Below, in pieces: positions 31,465-41,892 of a stretch of 61,236 nt of DNA (the stretch's first letter is position 1; each line of letters starts with the position of its first letter). The notes beneath the pieces were generated by a model, which did no database searches, had not been told where the DNA came from, and saw only the letters and a program-made list of their open reading frames with translations. Origin of the DNA: an uncultured Erysipelotrichaceae bacterium (GTDB lineage Bacteria > Bacillota_I > Bacilli_A > RF39 > UBA660); assembly GCA_902801795.1 (NCBI GenBank), contig CADCJQ010000004.1, positions 1 to 61,236 on the forward strand. The letters run 5' to 3'. Made by a program: the position numbers and the translations under genes.

Positions 31465-32553
31465 CTATTTTTCTATGTAACCGCTTACTCCTAGGGTATA
31501 CATATCATCAGTTACTTTTTGATATCTATTACCAGAATACTCATCAGTAAATCCATTATAAGCTTTATAAACATCGCCAGTTTCAGTATCATAGACTCTC
31601 TCATATCCTAAAGTAGCATCACTTCTTTTTCCACTTATAATATCATATGATTTACTTCGTTTGTTCCAAGAATCCATTATCATATCTGATATTTCATCAT
31701 ATATTTTAGCATTTGCTTGAACTGTTGAAACTTGAGAAGATTGTTCTCTATTAAAGCCTCTCATAAAATCTTCTGTAAATTCTATAGTAGATACAGAATA
31801 ATCAAATATTGATTGCCAATTATTAAATTCCGAATCTGGTGTATACATAATAATATTATGGTAAGAGTTTAGTGGTGATAAATCTACACCATACATATAA
31901 TAAGTACCACTTTCAAATATCGAAGCGGTAAATAATCCTTGCATTATTTCCCCTTTATCATTTGTAAATTTCCCTCTAATTACATCGCCACCAAGATTAG
32001 TTTTACCTAAATTTTCAATCATTTCAAAGTCATTTAAATATACAAAAAATTCTTGATTAATCTCTTTATTAACTACTTTAGCATTAGTATTCCATACTTT
32101 ATAAAATTGTTCTGTTGTTCGTGGATCAATCGCTGCTAATTTTCCAAATACGGCTGATGGATATAAACTAGCATATTTTTTCCTTGCAGCTTCACTTTTT
32201 AAGAAACCAGATAATCCAAGGGAAAATTCAAGCATATAATTTATATCTTTGGGATTATACATTTTAAACGTATATCCTGAAAATGTTACTTTATTTGGAA
32301 CAGCAACTTTCCATCCTTTTGGTATTTTCATTTTTAAATACCCATTATCAAAATCTTCATACTCTATTTGACTAGTTTCTGCTTTAGTAATTTTTAATTT
32401 TTCACCACTTTTGGTTTTTAAAGAATCATTAGTACCACATCCTGTCATTCCTAATACCATCATAAATACCAAAAAAACTGATAATATTATTTTAACTTTT
32501 TTATTCATCATAAAATACCTCTCTTTCATAATCATTTTACATAGAAATATCAA
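31465..32553 (-). CDS. Lipoprotein (true start probably MMNKKVK)
   Basis: Lipobox MTGC; SDATLGYERVYDTETG C-terminal motif. Confidence 0.78.
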   Translation of the reverse strand: MIFLCKMIMKERYFMMNKKVKIILSVFLVFMMVLGMTGCGTNDSLKTKSGEKLKITKAETSQIEYEDFDNGYLKMKIPKGWKVAVPNKVTFSGYTFKMYNPKDINYMLEFSLGLSGFLKSEAARKKYASLYPSAVFGKLAAIDPRTTEQFYKVWNTNAKVVNKEINQEFFVYLNDFEMIENLGKTNLGGDVIRGKFTNDKGEIMQGLFTASIFESGTYYMYGVDLSPLNSYHNIIMYTPDSEFNNWQSIFDYSVSTIEFTEDFMRGFNREQSSQVSTVQANAKIYDEISDMIMDSWNKRSKSYDIISGKRSDATLGYERVYDTETGDVYKAYNGFTDEYSGNRYQKVTDDMYTLGVSGYIEK

Positions 32554-32576
32554 AATTAGGGAGTACTAAAAAAGGG

Positions 32577-33899
32577 CTATTCTCCCCTTAAGATACATTT
32601 TTCTTTAAGTTCTGTTCTTGTCATACCTGTTTTTTTATAAATATTTGTAACATGAATTTTAATTGTATTAACCGATAAAAACAATTTATCCGCAATTTCT
32701 TTTTTAGTTAAATCTTGAATTAATAAATTTAATACTTTTTCTTCTTGATTACTTAATTTATATTTTAAGACCATTTCTTTTAATCTATCATTTGAAGTTA
32801 AACGATTATTTTTTAAATAATATAGAAAATAAACCCATAAGACAATACATAACATTAATGTTTCAATAACTATTAATAAAGTAGAATTTCTAATTAAATC
32901 TTTTTGAATAACAACTAAAATTCCTTCCATTATTCTTGAATACATAAGTCCTATTCCACACAAATAAAAACTTCCTTTTTTTCGATCATATAAATTAACA
33001 AAAGTTAATGTTCTAAATACAACAAAAAAACCTACAAACAAATATGACAAATTAATAACTATATTAACGGAAATATCTTGATTTAATAAAACAATAGTTA
33101 ATAAAGAAAAGACAAAACTGATTAATGTCGCAATATCAAACATTTCTTTATTTTTATCTATCAAAAATCCCGCAATTAATAAGCCAATACAATATACGAT
33201 TCTTGTATTTGCAAATAATCCTTCAATATTAAATATATGTGTTGATACTACATCTGTTGATATACCTGATAATAGTGACATTAACAAAACTATTATTGAT
33301 AAACTAATGAAATATTTTTTATAACTTAAAGTATATTTTTCATTTTTTATTATTTCTAAATCTCTATTTCGATATACAAGTAAAATATTTAAAATAACTA
33401 TGGGAACATAGATAATTAATGATGATATTGAACCATATAATTTATTAGGAAGTAAAGTTATTAAATAAGTAAGAATGGAACCTAATCCATAACCAATCGT
33501 AAAAACTCTACCACGATATTCTTTATCAATATTTAAAGCTAATAATGAAAAATGATAACCAACACCAAATCCTGCTGTTCCAAATAAACAAGTTGCACAT
33601 AAACAAATACTCATTAATATTTTATTTTCTGTTCCAAAAAACACAAAAGATGAAATAATAGCAAATAATGAAAATAAAACATAATATAATTTAATATTTT
33701 TACTTTTTTTACAAATAAACATATAAAGTAAAATTCCTAATGCCATTGATAAACTACCATAAAGTATAGCAATCATATTAACAAATTCTTTATCACAAAA
33801 ATTTAATAAATATGTTTGTTGTGTTAAATATATAGCACTACACCAAAAAAAGCCTAACGCTAATATTAAAATATGTTTGATATTTATTTTTTTAAACAT
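32577..33899 (-). CDS. Polytopic membrane protein with C-terminal LuxR HTH
   Basis: About 12 TM, then LS.QE..VL..L......EIA.KLFLS.NTIK.H..NIYKK. Confidence 0.85.
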   Translation of the reverse strand: MFKKINIKHILILALGFFWCSAIYLTQQTYLLNFCDKEFVNMIAILYGSLSMALGILLYMFICKKSKNIKLYYVLFSLFAIISSFVFFGTENKILMSICLCATCLFGTAGFGVGYHFSLLALNIDKEYRGRVFTIGYGLGSILTYLITLLPNKLYGSISSLIIYVPIVILNILLVYRNRDLEIIKNEKYTLSYKKYFISLSIIVLLMSLLSGISTDVVSTHIFNIEGLFANTRIVYCIGLLIAGFLIDKNKEMFDIATLISFVFSLLTIVLLNQDISVNIVINLSYLFVGFFVVFRTLTFVNLYDRKKGSFYLCGIGLMYSRIMEGILVVIQKDLIRNSTLLIVIETLMLCIVLWVYFLYYLKNNRLTSNDRLKEMVLKYKLSNQEEKVLNLLIQDLTKKEIADKLFLSVNTIKIHVTNIYKKTGMTRTELKEKCILRGE

Positions 33900-33994
33900 A
33901 TAGAACCACCTAAATTATATTATATCACTTTCATATAAGAAAATATTACTAAATAACTATATAGTCCTTTTAAAGTTAAAAGATAGTATTTCTA

Positions 33995-35140
33995 CTATCC
34001 AATTAAATCACCTGTTAATACTGACTTTAAAAGATTAAACCATGTATCAAAAAAACTTCTTTTATCCATATTACTGCTACTTATTAAATTGACTTCTTTA
34101 ACTAAATTATTATCGTCTTTAATTAATAATTTACCAATTACTTCTCCTTTAGATAATGGTAATTTTAAATCATTAAGTTTTACTTCACAACGATATTCCT
34201 TTTTATCTTCACCTTTCTTTTGTAAAATAGTAACATCGTTTTCAACCATAACATCTATTTTTTCAGGAATTGCTTTATCTAAAGTAACATCTCCAACAAT
34301 ATCACCTTTATTTTTTATTTTAGTAATTTCATAAGTATTAAAACCATAATCTAAAAGACTTGCCGTTTCTTTATTTCTTACTTTCCCTTCTTTTTCCCCT
34401 AAAACAACTGCCAGTAATCGCATATCATCTCTTTTAGCCGTAACAGCCATCGAATATCCTGCATTATCGGTCATTCCGGTTTTAAGTCCATCAGCACCTT
34501 TATATGATTTGATAAGTTTATTAGTGTTAACAAGCCAAAATTTATTATCAGAATTCTTTCTTAAGTAATCTTCATAAATAGTAGTAAACTTAAAAACATC
34601 CTCATGTTTCATTAATTCTATTGCAATCATTGAAACATCATATGCTGAAGAATAATGTCCTTCTTCATCAAGTCCTGTTGGATTAACAAAATGGGTATTT
34701 TTTAAACCTAATTCATTTGCTTTATCATTCATCATTTGAACAAATTTTTCTTCACTTCCGCCAACATATTCCGCCATTGCAACAATTCCATCATTAGCCG
34801 AAGCCATAATTATTCCTTTAAGAAGCTCTTCAACACTCATTTCTTCCCCTTCTGATAACCATATTTGACTACCACCCATTCCGGCAGCATTAGCACTTAC
34901 TGTTACCATATCTGTATATTTAATCTTCCCACTATCAATTTGTTCAAAAATTAAAATCAATCCCATCATTTTAGTAAGGGATGCAATACTAACTTCTTCA
35001 TTCATATTTTTATTATATATAATTGTTTTAGTAGTCGGTTCAATTAAAATACCACTTCTAGCATTAGGTAATAAATCATTATCTGCCTTTACTTGAATAA
35101 TAAATATAAAAATAAGTAAAATAACTATTATTTTTTTCAC
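33995..35140 (-). CDS. D-alanyl-D-alanine carboxypeptidase (DacF-like)
   Basis: SLTK, SAN, KTG motifs; FVNPTGL; LVNTNKL. Confidence 0.93.
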   Translation of the reverse strand: MKKIIVILLIFIFIIQVKADNDLLPNARSGILIEPTTKTIIYNKNMNEEVSIASLTKMMGLILIFEQIDSGKIKYTDMVTVSANAAGMGGSQIWLSEGEEMSVEELLKGIIMASANDGIVAMAEYVGGSEEKFVQMMNDKANELGLKNTHFVNPTGLDEEGHYSSAYDVSMIAIELMKHEDVFKFTTIYEDYLRKNSDNKFWLVNTNKLIKSYKGADGLKTGMTDNAGYSMAVTAKRDDMRLLAVVLGEKEGKVRNKETASLLDYGFNTYEITKIKNKGDIVGDVTLDKAIPEKIDVMVENDVTILQKKGEDKKEYRCEVKLNDLKLPLSKGEVIGKLLIKDDNNLVKEVNLISSSNMDKRSFFDTWFNLLKSVLTGDLIG

Positions 35141-35345
35141 TTTATCCTCCTAATAAAAATATGAAATAAATATCATTAATATTACAAAATAACAAAAAAA
35201 AGAGCATCAAGATTTGACACTCAAATTTATTTTTAACTATTATTAATTAGCAAAATACCTAAGCATTTCCCTAATATTGTATGAATAATTTTTGCGTAAT
35301 GTTGCCACTAGTATTTACTTTTCCGTTACTTGATAATATTGGTCG

Positions 35346-35634
35346 AGTTAATTGAACGAGACCAAAAAAAAGAAAGCTTTTCAACAAACTTTGGCTTCCT
35401 TTTCGGTTTAATCATTATTTAGTGCTCTGGTTGCTCCTCAGCATTGCCATATCCCCTAAACAACGTATATTATTATACACATTTTTTATATTTTTGCAAT
35501 ACCATTACATTGTATACATTTTCTATTGACAAACTATTAATTATATATATAATGGTATGCATACATTTAATTAGATGTTCTTATCTAATTATAATAGTCT
35601 TTCATATCCTAGACACAGTTAATTGAACGAGACC
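35346..35634. repeat. 18-bp direct repeat flanking divergent promoters
   Basis: agttaattgaacgagacc at 35346-35363 and 35617-35634. Confidence 0.85.
35472..35553. promoter_or_regulatory. Back-to-back sigmaA promoters
   Basis: - strand TTGCAA-16-TATAAT (35499-35472); + strand TTGACA-16-TATAAT (35526-35553). Confidence 0.6.
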
Positions 35635-35677
35635 TAAACTCTTATTTTTCAAACCTTTTCAAAAAAGTGTCATTCAA

Positions 35678-38083
35678 TCAGCCTATTCTATATGGAGATG
35701 TCGCTGTTCCATCACCATTCACTACAGGCGTTCCAGGTTTAAGTGAAACGGCAGGACGAAGACCGAGGGAATTGTACATGTAGTAGTGGTCGATGAAGCC
35801 ATTGACCACGCTGAACTCGACGGCGCCGTAGTCGTTGAAATAAGGGGGCGACAAAGACCAATAATAATTTGATCCACTATTTAAATAGAATGTTCCTGTA
35901 CTACCTGATCCTCCTGCTAATACCATTTCATCTATTGTTAGCATTGCTACTGGATAATTCAACTTTTGATTTCCATTTGCATTTTGCCATGTAAATGAAT
36001 CGTTCTTATTTGTACATGCTAGGCTTGGAGAATGATTTGTGAAATATCTATCATATCCTGCATAATGTAATGCCCCATACGCTACATTCCCTGTTGGATC
36101 CCATCCTGCTTTAGTTGATATTGTTCTATCATTACACCATATTGTATCTTCTAATTGATTTGTATAACTTGTCATATTTGATGCATACCAACTTTCTATT
36201 TGTGTTTTAGCATTTGATGGGTTTGTATTCATTTGCATTTTCTCTATTGCTTTTTCTACACTATCTCCTCCAGTTAATGTTATGTAATAATTATTACTTG
36301 TTCCACTTACAGAATAGTAATACCTTATGCTACTACATGTTCCTTCTGCAGTTGTTAAATTACATGTATAATGGTGTGTTCCATCATATCCTACTTGGGC
36401 ACTCGTTAATGTATAATTTGTTCCATCCCATGTAAATCCTGTTCCATAATATGCTCCTGATGTTGTTGCTTCATTTGTCCATTCATATACTTCTCCCCAC
36501 ATGTATCCATTATATGCTAATGATTTATACAAATTTGTTCCTGAAAAGGCAAATGTATTTGTTCCATTTAACGTTATTTGTGTATCTGTTCCAGTATTAT
36601 CACAACCATTCGATGTTAATAATTCACCAGGACCAATCATTTTAATTTTAAATGTTATAGAGCATGTATCACTTGAACTTCCTGTGTAATCCATTTTTAT
36701 TTTATCAATACTAGACAACGTCCCAAAATCATTAGCTAAATCCATGGCAGAACCCCCACCACCTCCATAACTTTTTACACTTGTTCCATTCTTATAAAAT
36801 GCATATGACCCACCACAACTTGAACCACTAGTACCTGTCATTATCATAGTATAATTATCTCCTGCTGGCACAGTGAACTCTAAAGCTGGGTGTGAACCAT
36901 CATTTATTTCTATATTCCATGTATTATCAGTTGAGTCAAAATTCCATCTTGCATCACTATTTGTTGCATCCTTCACATAACTTGTTTCAGGTAATGAAAT
37001 ACTTTCATAAACAGGTCCTGCTTCACCATTATAAATTAATTTAACTCCACCTGTATCAGTAGTTCTTACTGCTTTCCAACATTTATTAGCAAACAAAACA
37101 TTATTATTTTCTACTGCTCCTCGATAATACAATATTGGATTTGCATCATTTTCCGTACCTGCTCTCATATAGACACCTTTTCCATTTGTACTACTTGAAG
37201 TCGTTGAGAAATCTACACCTGTTGAAGCACTTACAAATTCACTTGCAACATTATCCATTATTGGTTGATTGGTTGTTGGATTTAAATTTTCAGTTTTCAT
37301 CATTTCTTCAAGTGATCCTTTTACCCAAATTCCTTCATTGGCTTCTACCTTCACTTGAAATGATATACCTGTACTTGAAAATGCATTCCATTCTGTTGTT
37401 GTTAATACAGTTTTACTTTGTGCCATAGAGTTTGTTGTTCCCATATTATCTGATTCAGTACCATCATAAGTATCAGAAATAAGTATTTTATTTTTGTCTA
37501 AATATGCTTTAATTGTTAATTTTCCATTTGATATTCCTTCAGCAGTTCCGCTAGTTGTATTAGGCTTAATATAACCTACTAAAAGCATTTGATTTCCAAC
37601 TAGAGTATCCCCTACTAATTTTTTATACATAGTAGTATCTTTGCTTTCTCTTGCTGTAAAATAGTTATTACTAGATGTTCCTAAATTAGTTACTGTTACA
37701 TCTAAACTAATTGGAACTACTTTTCCTGTTGATGTATAAATATTTGTATTTTCACTAGAAACTAAATATTCTACACCTTGGGCATAATCGGTATCACCTT
37801 CAATTTCAATTTCTAATGTACCAACTTTTGTAGCGTCAGACATTTCTTCACTATTTGTTGGATCTATTGGAAATAAATTTGTTAAACTAATTGTTTTAGT
37901 TTGTCGTGTTACAAAACTTATTCTTCCTACACTAACAGTATTTGCCACACCTGTACGTGTGTAATTAAAAAATGAATATGTTACTCCAACCACACCTATT
38001 AACAAGATTGCTATCCCAACAATTGAAAAAATTATTTTTTTGTCTTTGATTTCTTTCATCATTTTAATACCTTTCTTTAACAT
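35678..38083 (-). CDS. Paralogous SipW-signal surface protein with C-terminal CLec-like domain; remote DGR target candidate
   Basis: GVTYSFFNYTRTG, SDTYDGTESDNMGTT, YYRG..ENNNVLFA..CWK..RT, WCNDR, YWSLSP...GLRPAVSLK..GDGT..PY. Confidence 0.82.
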   Translation of the reverse strand: MLKKGIKMMKEIKDKKIIFSIVGIAILLIGVVGVTYSFFNYTRTGVANTVSVGRISFVTRQTKTISLTNLFPIDPTNSEEMSDATKVGTLEIEIEGDTDYAQGVEYLVSSENTNIYTSTGKVVPISLDVTVTNLGTSSNNYFTARESKDTTMYKKLVGDTLVGNQMLLVGYIKPNTTSGTAEGISNGKLTIKAYLDKNKILISDTYDGTESDNMGTTNSMAQSKTVLTTTEWNAFSSTGISFQVKVEANEGIWVKGSLEEMMKTENLNPTTNQPIMDNVASEFVSASTGVDFSTTSSSTNGKGVYMRAGTENDANPILYYRGAVENNNVLFANKCWKAVRTTDTGGVKLIYNGEAGPVYESISLPETSYVKDATNSDARWNFDSTDNTWNIEINDGSHPALEFTVPAGDNYTMIMTGTSGSSCGGSYAFYKNGTSVKSYGGGGGSAMDLANDFGTLSSIDKIKMDYTGSSSDTCSITFKIKMIGPGELLTSNGCDNTGTDTQITLNGTNTFAFSGTNLYKSLAYNGYMWGEVYEWTNEATTSGAYYGTGFTWDGTNYTLTSAQVGYDGTHHYTCNLTTAEGTCSSIRYYYSVSGTSNNYYITLTGGDSVEKAIEKMQMNTNPSNAKTQIESWYASNMTSYTNQLEDTIWCNDRTISTKAGWDPTGNVAYGALHYAGYDRYFTNHSPSLACTNKNDSFTWQNANGNQKLNYPVAMLTIDEMVLAGGSGSTGTFYLNSGSNYYWSLSPPYFNDYGAVEFSVVNGFIDHYYMYNSLGLRPAVSLKPGTPVVNGDGTATSPYRIG
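35747..35853 (-). repeat. VR-like patch (cognate TR not in window)
   Basis: 20 of 25 consecutive codons (FNDYGAVEFSVVNGFIDHYYMYNSL) end in C and none in A, unlike the A/T-ending rest of the gene. Confidence 0.75.
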
Positions 38084-38175
38084 AACATAATTTTATCATT
38101 GATGCTATTTTTTGACAATAATATCAACAAACATTTATTAAATCATTTTGCTATACGTGTATTTTTTCTGTTCTT

Positions 38176-38901
38176 TTAAATATTTTTTATCTTTGATAAG
38201 AAAGTCTTTAATCGTTCATCTTTAGGATGATTAAATATCTCTTTACTAGAACCATCTTCAATTATTTTACCATCATCCATAAATAAAACTCTTGTACAAA
38301 AATTTTTAATAAAATGCATCTCATGTGACACAATTATCATTGTCATTTTTGTTTTAGCGATTTCTCTCATTAAATTAGTTACTTCACCAATCATCTCTGG
38401 ATCAAGTGCGGATGTTGGTTCATCAAATAAAATAATCTCGGGTTCCATTAATAATGTTCTAATTATTGCAACACGTTGTTTTTGACCACCAGATAATTCA
38501 TTAGGATAAAATTTTTCTTTATCCAATAAATTAATTTTCTTTAACATTTCTCTGGCTTTTTTAATAGCAGATTCTTTACTCATAATATTTAAAGTTACTG
38601 GGGCAAATATAATATTATCTAAAACATTCATATTGGAGAATAAATTAAATTGTTGAAAAACCATTCCTATTCTTCTTCGCATTAATCGTAATTTATCATT
38701 ATCTCTTATTTCAATACCATCTAATAGAATATGTCCAAATGATGGTTTCTCTAAATAATTAATTGAACGAAGAAATGTTGATTTACCACATCCGGATGGA
38801 CCAATAATACCAACAAGTTCTCCCTTTTCAATAGTTAAATTTATTCCTTTTAAAACTTTCTTTTTACCAAAGTTTTTCTTTAAATTTTTAATTTCTAACA
38901 T
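38176..38901 (-). CDS. Polar amino acid ABC transporter ATPase
   Basis: GPSGCGKST, GMVFQQFNLF, LSGGQKQR, DEPTSALDPE. Confidence 0.93.
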   Translation of the reverse strand: MLEIKNLKKNFGKKKVLKGINLTIEKGELVGIIGPSGCGKSTFLRSINYLEKPSFGHILLDGIEIRDNDKLRLMRRRIGMVFQQFNLFSNMNVLDNIIFAPVTLNIMSKESAIKKAREMLKKINLLDKEKFYPNELSGGQKQRVAIIRTLLMEPEIILFDEPTSALDPEMIGEVTNLMREIAKTKMTMIIVSHEMHFIKNFCTRVLFMDDGKIIEDGSSKEIFNHPKDERLKTFLSKIKNI

Positions 38902-40309
38902 GATTTAACCTCTTTTCTATTTTAGCAAATATTTTTGTCAAAACAAGAGTTATACATAGATATATTAAAGCAATAATCATTAATGGGAAAAAATAATCAT
39001 AAGTACGTGAAGCAATAATATCTGATGCTTTAGTAAGTTCAACGATTCCAATATAAGCTCCTACTGATGTTTCTTTAACAAGAGTAATAAATTCATTACC
39101 AAGCGCTGGTAAAATATTACGAAGGGCATTAGGTATGACAATATGTTTCATAACTTGTAAATAACTTAATCCTAAAGCAAAACCTGCTTCTTTTTGTCCT
39201 TCAGAAACAGAATTAATACCACCTCGAACTATTTCCGCTACATAAGCTCCACTATTAATTCCAAAAGATAAGATACCTACTAGAATAATACTAACATTAC
39301 TAGTCTTAAAAATAACATAATATATTATCATTAACTGTAATATTGAAGGAGTCCCACGAATAACAGTTATATATGTTCTAGCAAGATAATTTAAAATTTT
39401 AAATTTACCTTTGGTATCATGAACATTTCGAATAATAGCCATTGTTGTACCAATAATTACTCCTAATATAACCGCCCCAATTGCTATAATTAAGGTATTT
39501 CGAAGACCTTCTAAAATAAATATATATCTTGAATCATAAATAATGCTATCATAAAATTTATCATAAAGACTTTTATTATCTTTTTTTGTAGTTATTCCCA
39601 TATGACTAAGAAGCATTTCATCTATTTTACCTTCTTCCTTAAGTCTTGTAATAACCTTATTACATACATCTAATAATTCTTGATTATTTTTACTAATAAC
39701 CATGCCATAATGATCAACTACTAATGGTTCATCTAAAATCATTAAGTTATCATTTAATAATTCTTTAGCTGGTATTTCATCCATTAAAACACCATCAACT
39801 TTATAATCAATCAAATCTTCAATTGCTGCTAAAAACTTTTTTTCTCTTATTATTTCAATATTAGGATAATTACTTGTTAAATAATCATCGGCAACAGTTC
39901 CCAATTGTACAGCAATTTTTTTCTTAAATAAATCATCTATTTTTTTAATATTACTATTTTTTCTTATAACTAAAACTTGTTTAGCATCCATATAATTAAT
40001 AGTGAAATTAACTTCTCTGCTTCGTTCTTCTGTATAACTTATTCCCGCAGCTCCAATATCACTTTTACCAGTTTTAACTTCATTAATAATTGAATCAAAA
40101 TAAACATCTTTTATTTCAAGTTCCATTCCTAACTCTTTAGCAATTTCTCTTGCAATATCAATATCAACTCCAACAATATTATTTTCTTGATAATATTCAA
40201 AAGGTGCAAAAGAAGCCTCTGTTGCTAACACTAATTTTTCTTTTTCTTCATTGCATCCTGTAATTAAAAAACATAATAAACTAATTAATAAAATAATTCT
40301 TTTTTTCAC
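38888..40309 (-). CDS. Polar amino acid ABC transporter, fused substrate-binding + permease lipoprotein
   Basis: ITGC lipobox, FAPFEY, RGTP, SGAYVAEIVRGGI, EA..ALG. Confidence 0.92.
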   Translation of the reverse strand: MKKRIILLISLLCFLITGCNEEKEKLVLATEASFAPFEYYQENNIVGVDIDIAREIAKELGMELEIKDVYFDSIINEVKTGKSDIGAAGISYTEERSREVNFTINYMDAKQVLVIRKNSNIKKIDDLFKKKIAVQLGTVADDYLTSNYPNIEIIREKKFLAAIEDLIDYKVDGVLMDEIPAKELLNDNLMILDEPLVVDHYGMVISKNNQELLDVCNKVITRLKEEGKIDEMLLSHMGITTKKDNKSLYDKFYDSIIYDSRYIFILEGLRNTLIIAIGAVILGVIIGTTMAIIRNVHDTKGKFKILNYLARTYITVIRGTPSILQLMIIYYVIFKTSNVSIILVGILSFGINSGAYVAEIVRGGINSVSEGQKEAGFALGLSYLQVMKHIVIPNALRNILPALGNEFITLVKETSVGAYIGIVELTKASDIIASRTYDYFFPLMIIALIYLCITLVLTKIFAKIEKRLNHVRN

Positions 40310-40395
40310 ACTTACCTACCTATTATAATAATAATACATTTTTAGAAAAAAGAAAATATTTTTTTCAAAAAAAAGAATAGATATTTCTATCTATT

Positions 40396-41892
40396 CTAAA
40401 GAATCATCATCGCAATTGTAAGTACTACAATATTAGCAATAAAAATTGTTACAAGTATTTTAGCAACCCATTTTAACCAAGTTGTATATTGAACTTTAGC
40501 AAGAGCAAGTCCTCCCATAATCGCTCCACAAGTTGGTGTAAATAAGTTTACAAAACCATTTGCAGCTACCATTTCCATAAGAGTTACTTCAACATTAAAT
40601 CCTGATTGATAAGCAAGAGGTGCCATAATAGGCGCTGATAATGTTGCAAGACCACTTGATGATGGAACTAAAATTGATAATCCAACATGTAAAATGTAGT
40701 TAAGTGGTGCAAATACTACTTTTGGTACATTTTGTAAAACATTAGATGCATTGTAGATAATATAGTTATCTAAATGTGTTTGTTGCATTAAAATAGATGC
40801 TCCACGAGCAATTGCAATAACTAAAATTACACCAACCATATCATCAGCACCATCAATAAAGATATCAACGATTTCTGATTCACGATAACCATTAACAATT
40901 CCAATTACAATTGTCATAATCAAGAACCATAGTGATGCTTCATTGAAATACCACCATCCAAGAGGAGCTCCTGTAATATTTCCTGTTGTCTTTTCAAAGA
41001 AAGCAAAGACACCTGGAGCAAGATCTTCCCAAGGAATAAAGCCAATAATCATAATTACGAAAGTAAACGCAAATAAAATTAAAGTAACTTTTTGTTTTCC
41101 AGTCAATTTAACATTTTTAACTTTTTCTTCTTTATCAGCATAAGTTTCAATCATATCTTTTTTCTCTTGTAATGAAAGGAATGTTGAACCTTTCTTTTTA
41201 ATTACTCTTTTAGCATATGCCATTACGAAAATAATGGAAATTGTTAAAGTGCTTAGCCAAAGAATAACACCTAAAGGAATAATAATACCTTGATTAACAC
41301 TATATCCTTCTGGTAATACTTTACTTGCTGCATCAACAGCAGCACCTACTGCAAATGGGTTAACTGTTGAACCTAAAACTCCACTTCCTGCTCCTAGTAA
41401 AACAACTGCTGATGATACGATAGTATCCATACCAGCTGCTACCATTGCTACTGCTAAAAGAGCATAAAAGCCAACGGTTTCCTCTAGCATACCATATGTT
41501 GTTCCCCCGATAGAGAATAAAATCATTAAAATAGGAATTAAGACTAATTCTCTACCATGTAATTTTTTGATTAATACTTTAATGCCATCTTCAATAGCAT
41601 TAGTCGAATTAACCATTTTTAGGAATGCTCCTAATATTAGTACAAAGAAACAGATTTGAATTGCTCCTTCAATACCATCGGCTCCAACAAAGCCGTAAAC
41701 TGGTGCCATAAGTGTTTGCCATAATGTTGCTCCTACTACTCCACTACCATCAACTATTTCTTCACCAACAAATTGCGCTGTTGGTAATAAGTGTGAAACA
41801 ATTGCTAGTAAGTAAATTAAGAACAAAATAATTGTGAATGCCGACAAAGCAATATTTCTTTTTTTCTTTGCCGTATTCTTAGTACCTTCCAT
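40396..41892 (-). CDS. YfcC-family arginine/ornithine antiporter
   Basis: GGTTYGM.EE, STVNPF, VPSSSGLA, PT.GA.MG.L; last gene of the arc operon. Confidence 0.88.
   Translation of the reverse strand: MEGTKNTAKKKRNIALSAFTIILFLIYLLAIVSHLLPTAQFVGEEIVDGSGVVGATLWQTLMAPVYGFVGADGIEGAIQICFFVLILGAFLKMVNSTNAIEDGIKVLIKKLHGRELVLIPILMILFSIGGTTYGMLEETVGFYALLAVAMVAAGMDTIVSSAVVLLGAGSGVLGSTVNPFAVGAAVDAASKVLPEGYSVNQGIIIPLGVILWLSTLTISIIFVMAYAKRVIKKKGSTFLSLQEKKDMIETYADKEEKVKNVKLTGKQKVTLILFAFTFVIMIIGFIPWEDLAPGVFAFFEKTTGNITGAPLGWWYFNEASLWFLIMTIVIGIVNGYRESEIVDIFIDGADDMVGVILVIAIARGASILMQQTHLDNYIIYNASNVLQNVPKVVFAPLNYILHVGLSILVPSSSGLATLSAPIMAPLAYQSGFNVEVTLMEMVAANGFVNLFTPTCGAIMGGLALAKVQYTTWLKWVAKILVTIFIANIVVLTIAMMIL

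Noticed and set aside
35390-35460. TPP riboswitch-like words (taggggat...gctgag) on the - strand
   Set aside because: Lacks the CUGAGA and ACCUGAUC...AGGGA core; the downstream gene is unrelated to thiamine.
35346-35634. CRISPR array from the 18-bp repeat
   Set aside because: Only two copies, 271 bp apart, too short, and no cas genes.
24941-35853. Assigning the 651-aa and 801-aa VR-like patches to the TR at 888-961
   Set aside because: Multiple non-adenine mismatches and length differences; incompatible with A-specific templating from this TR.
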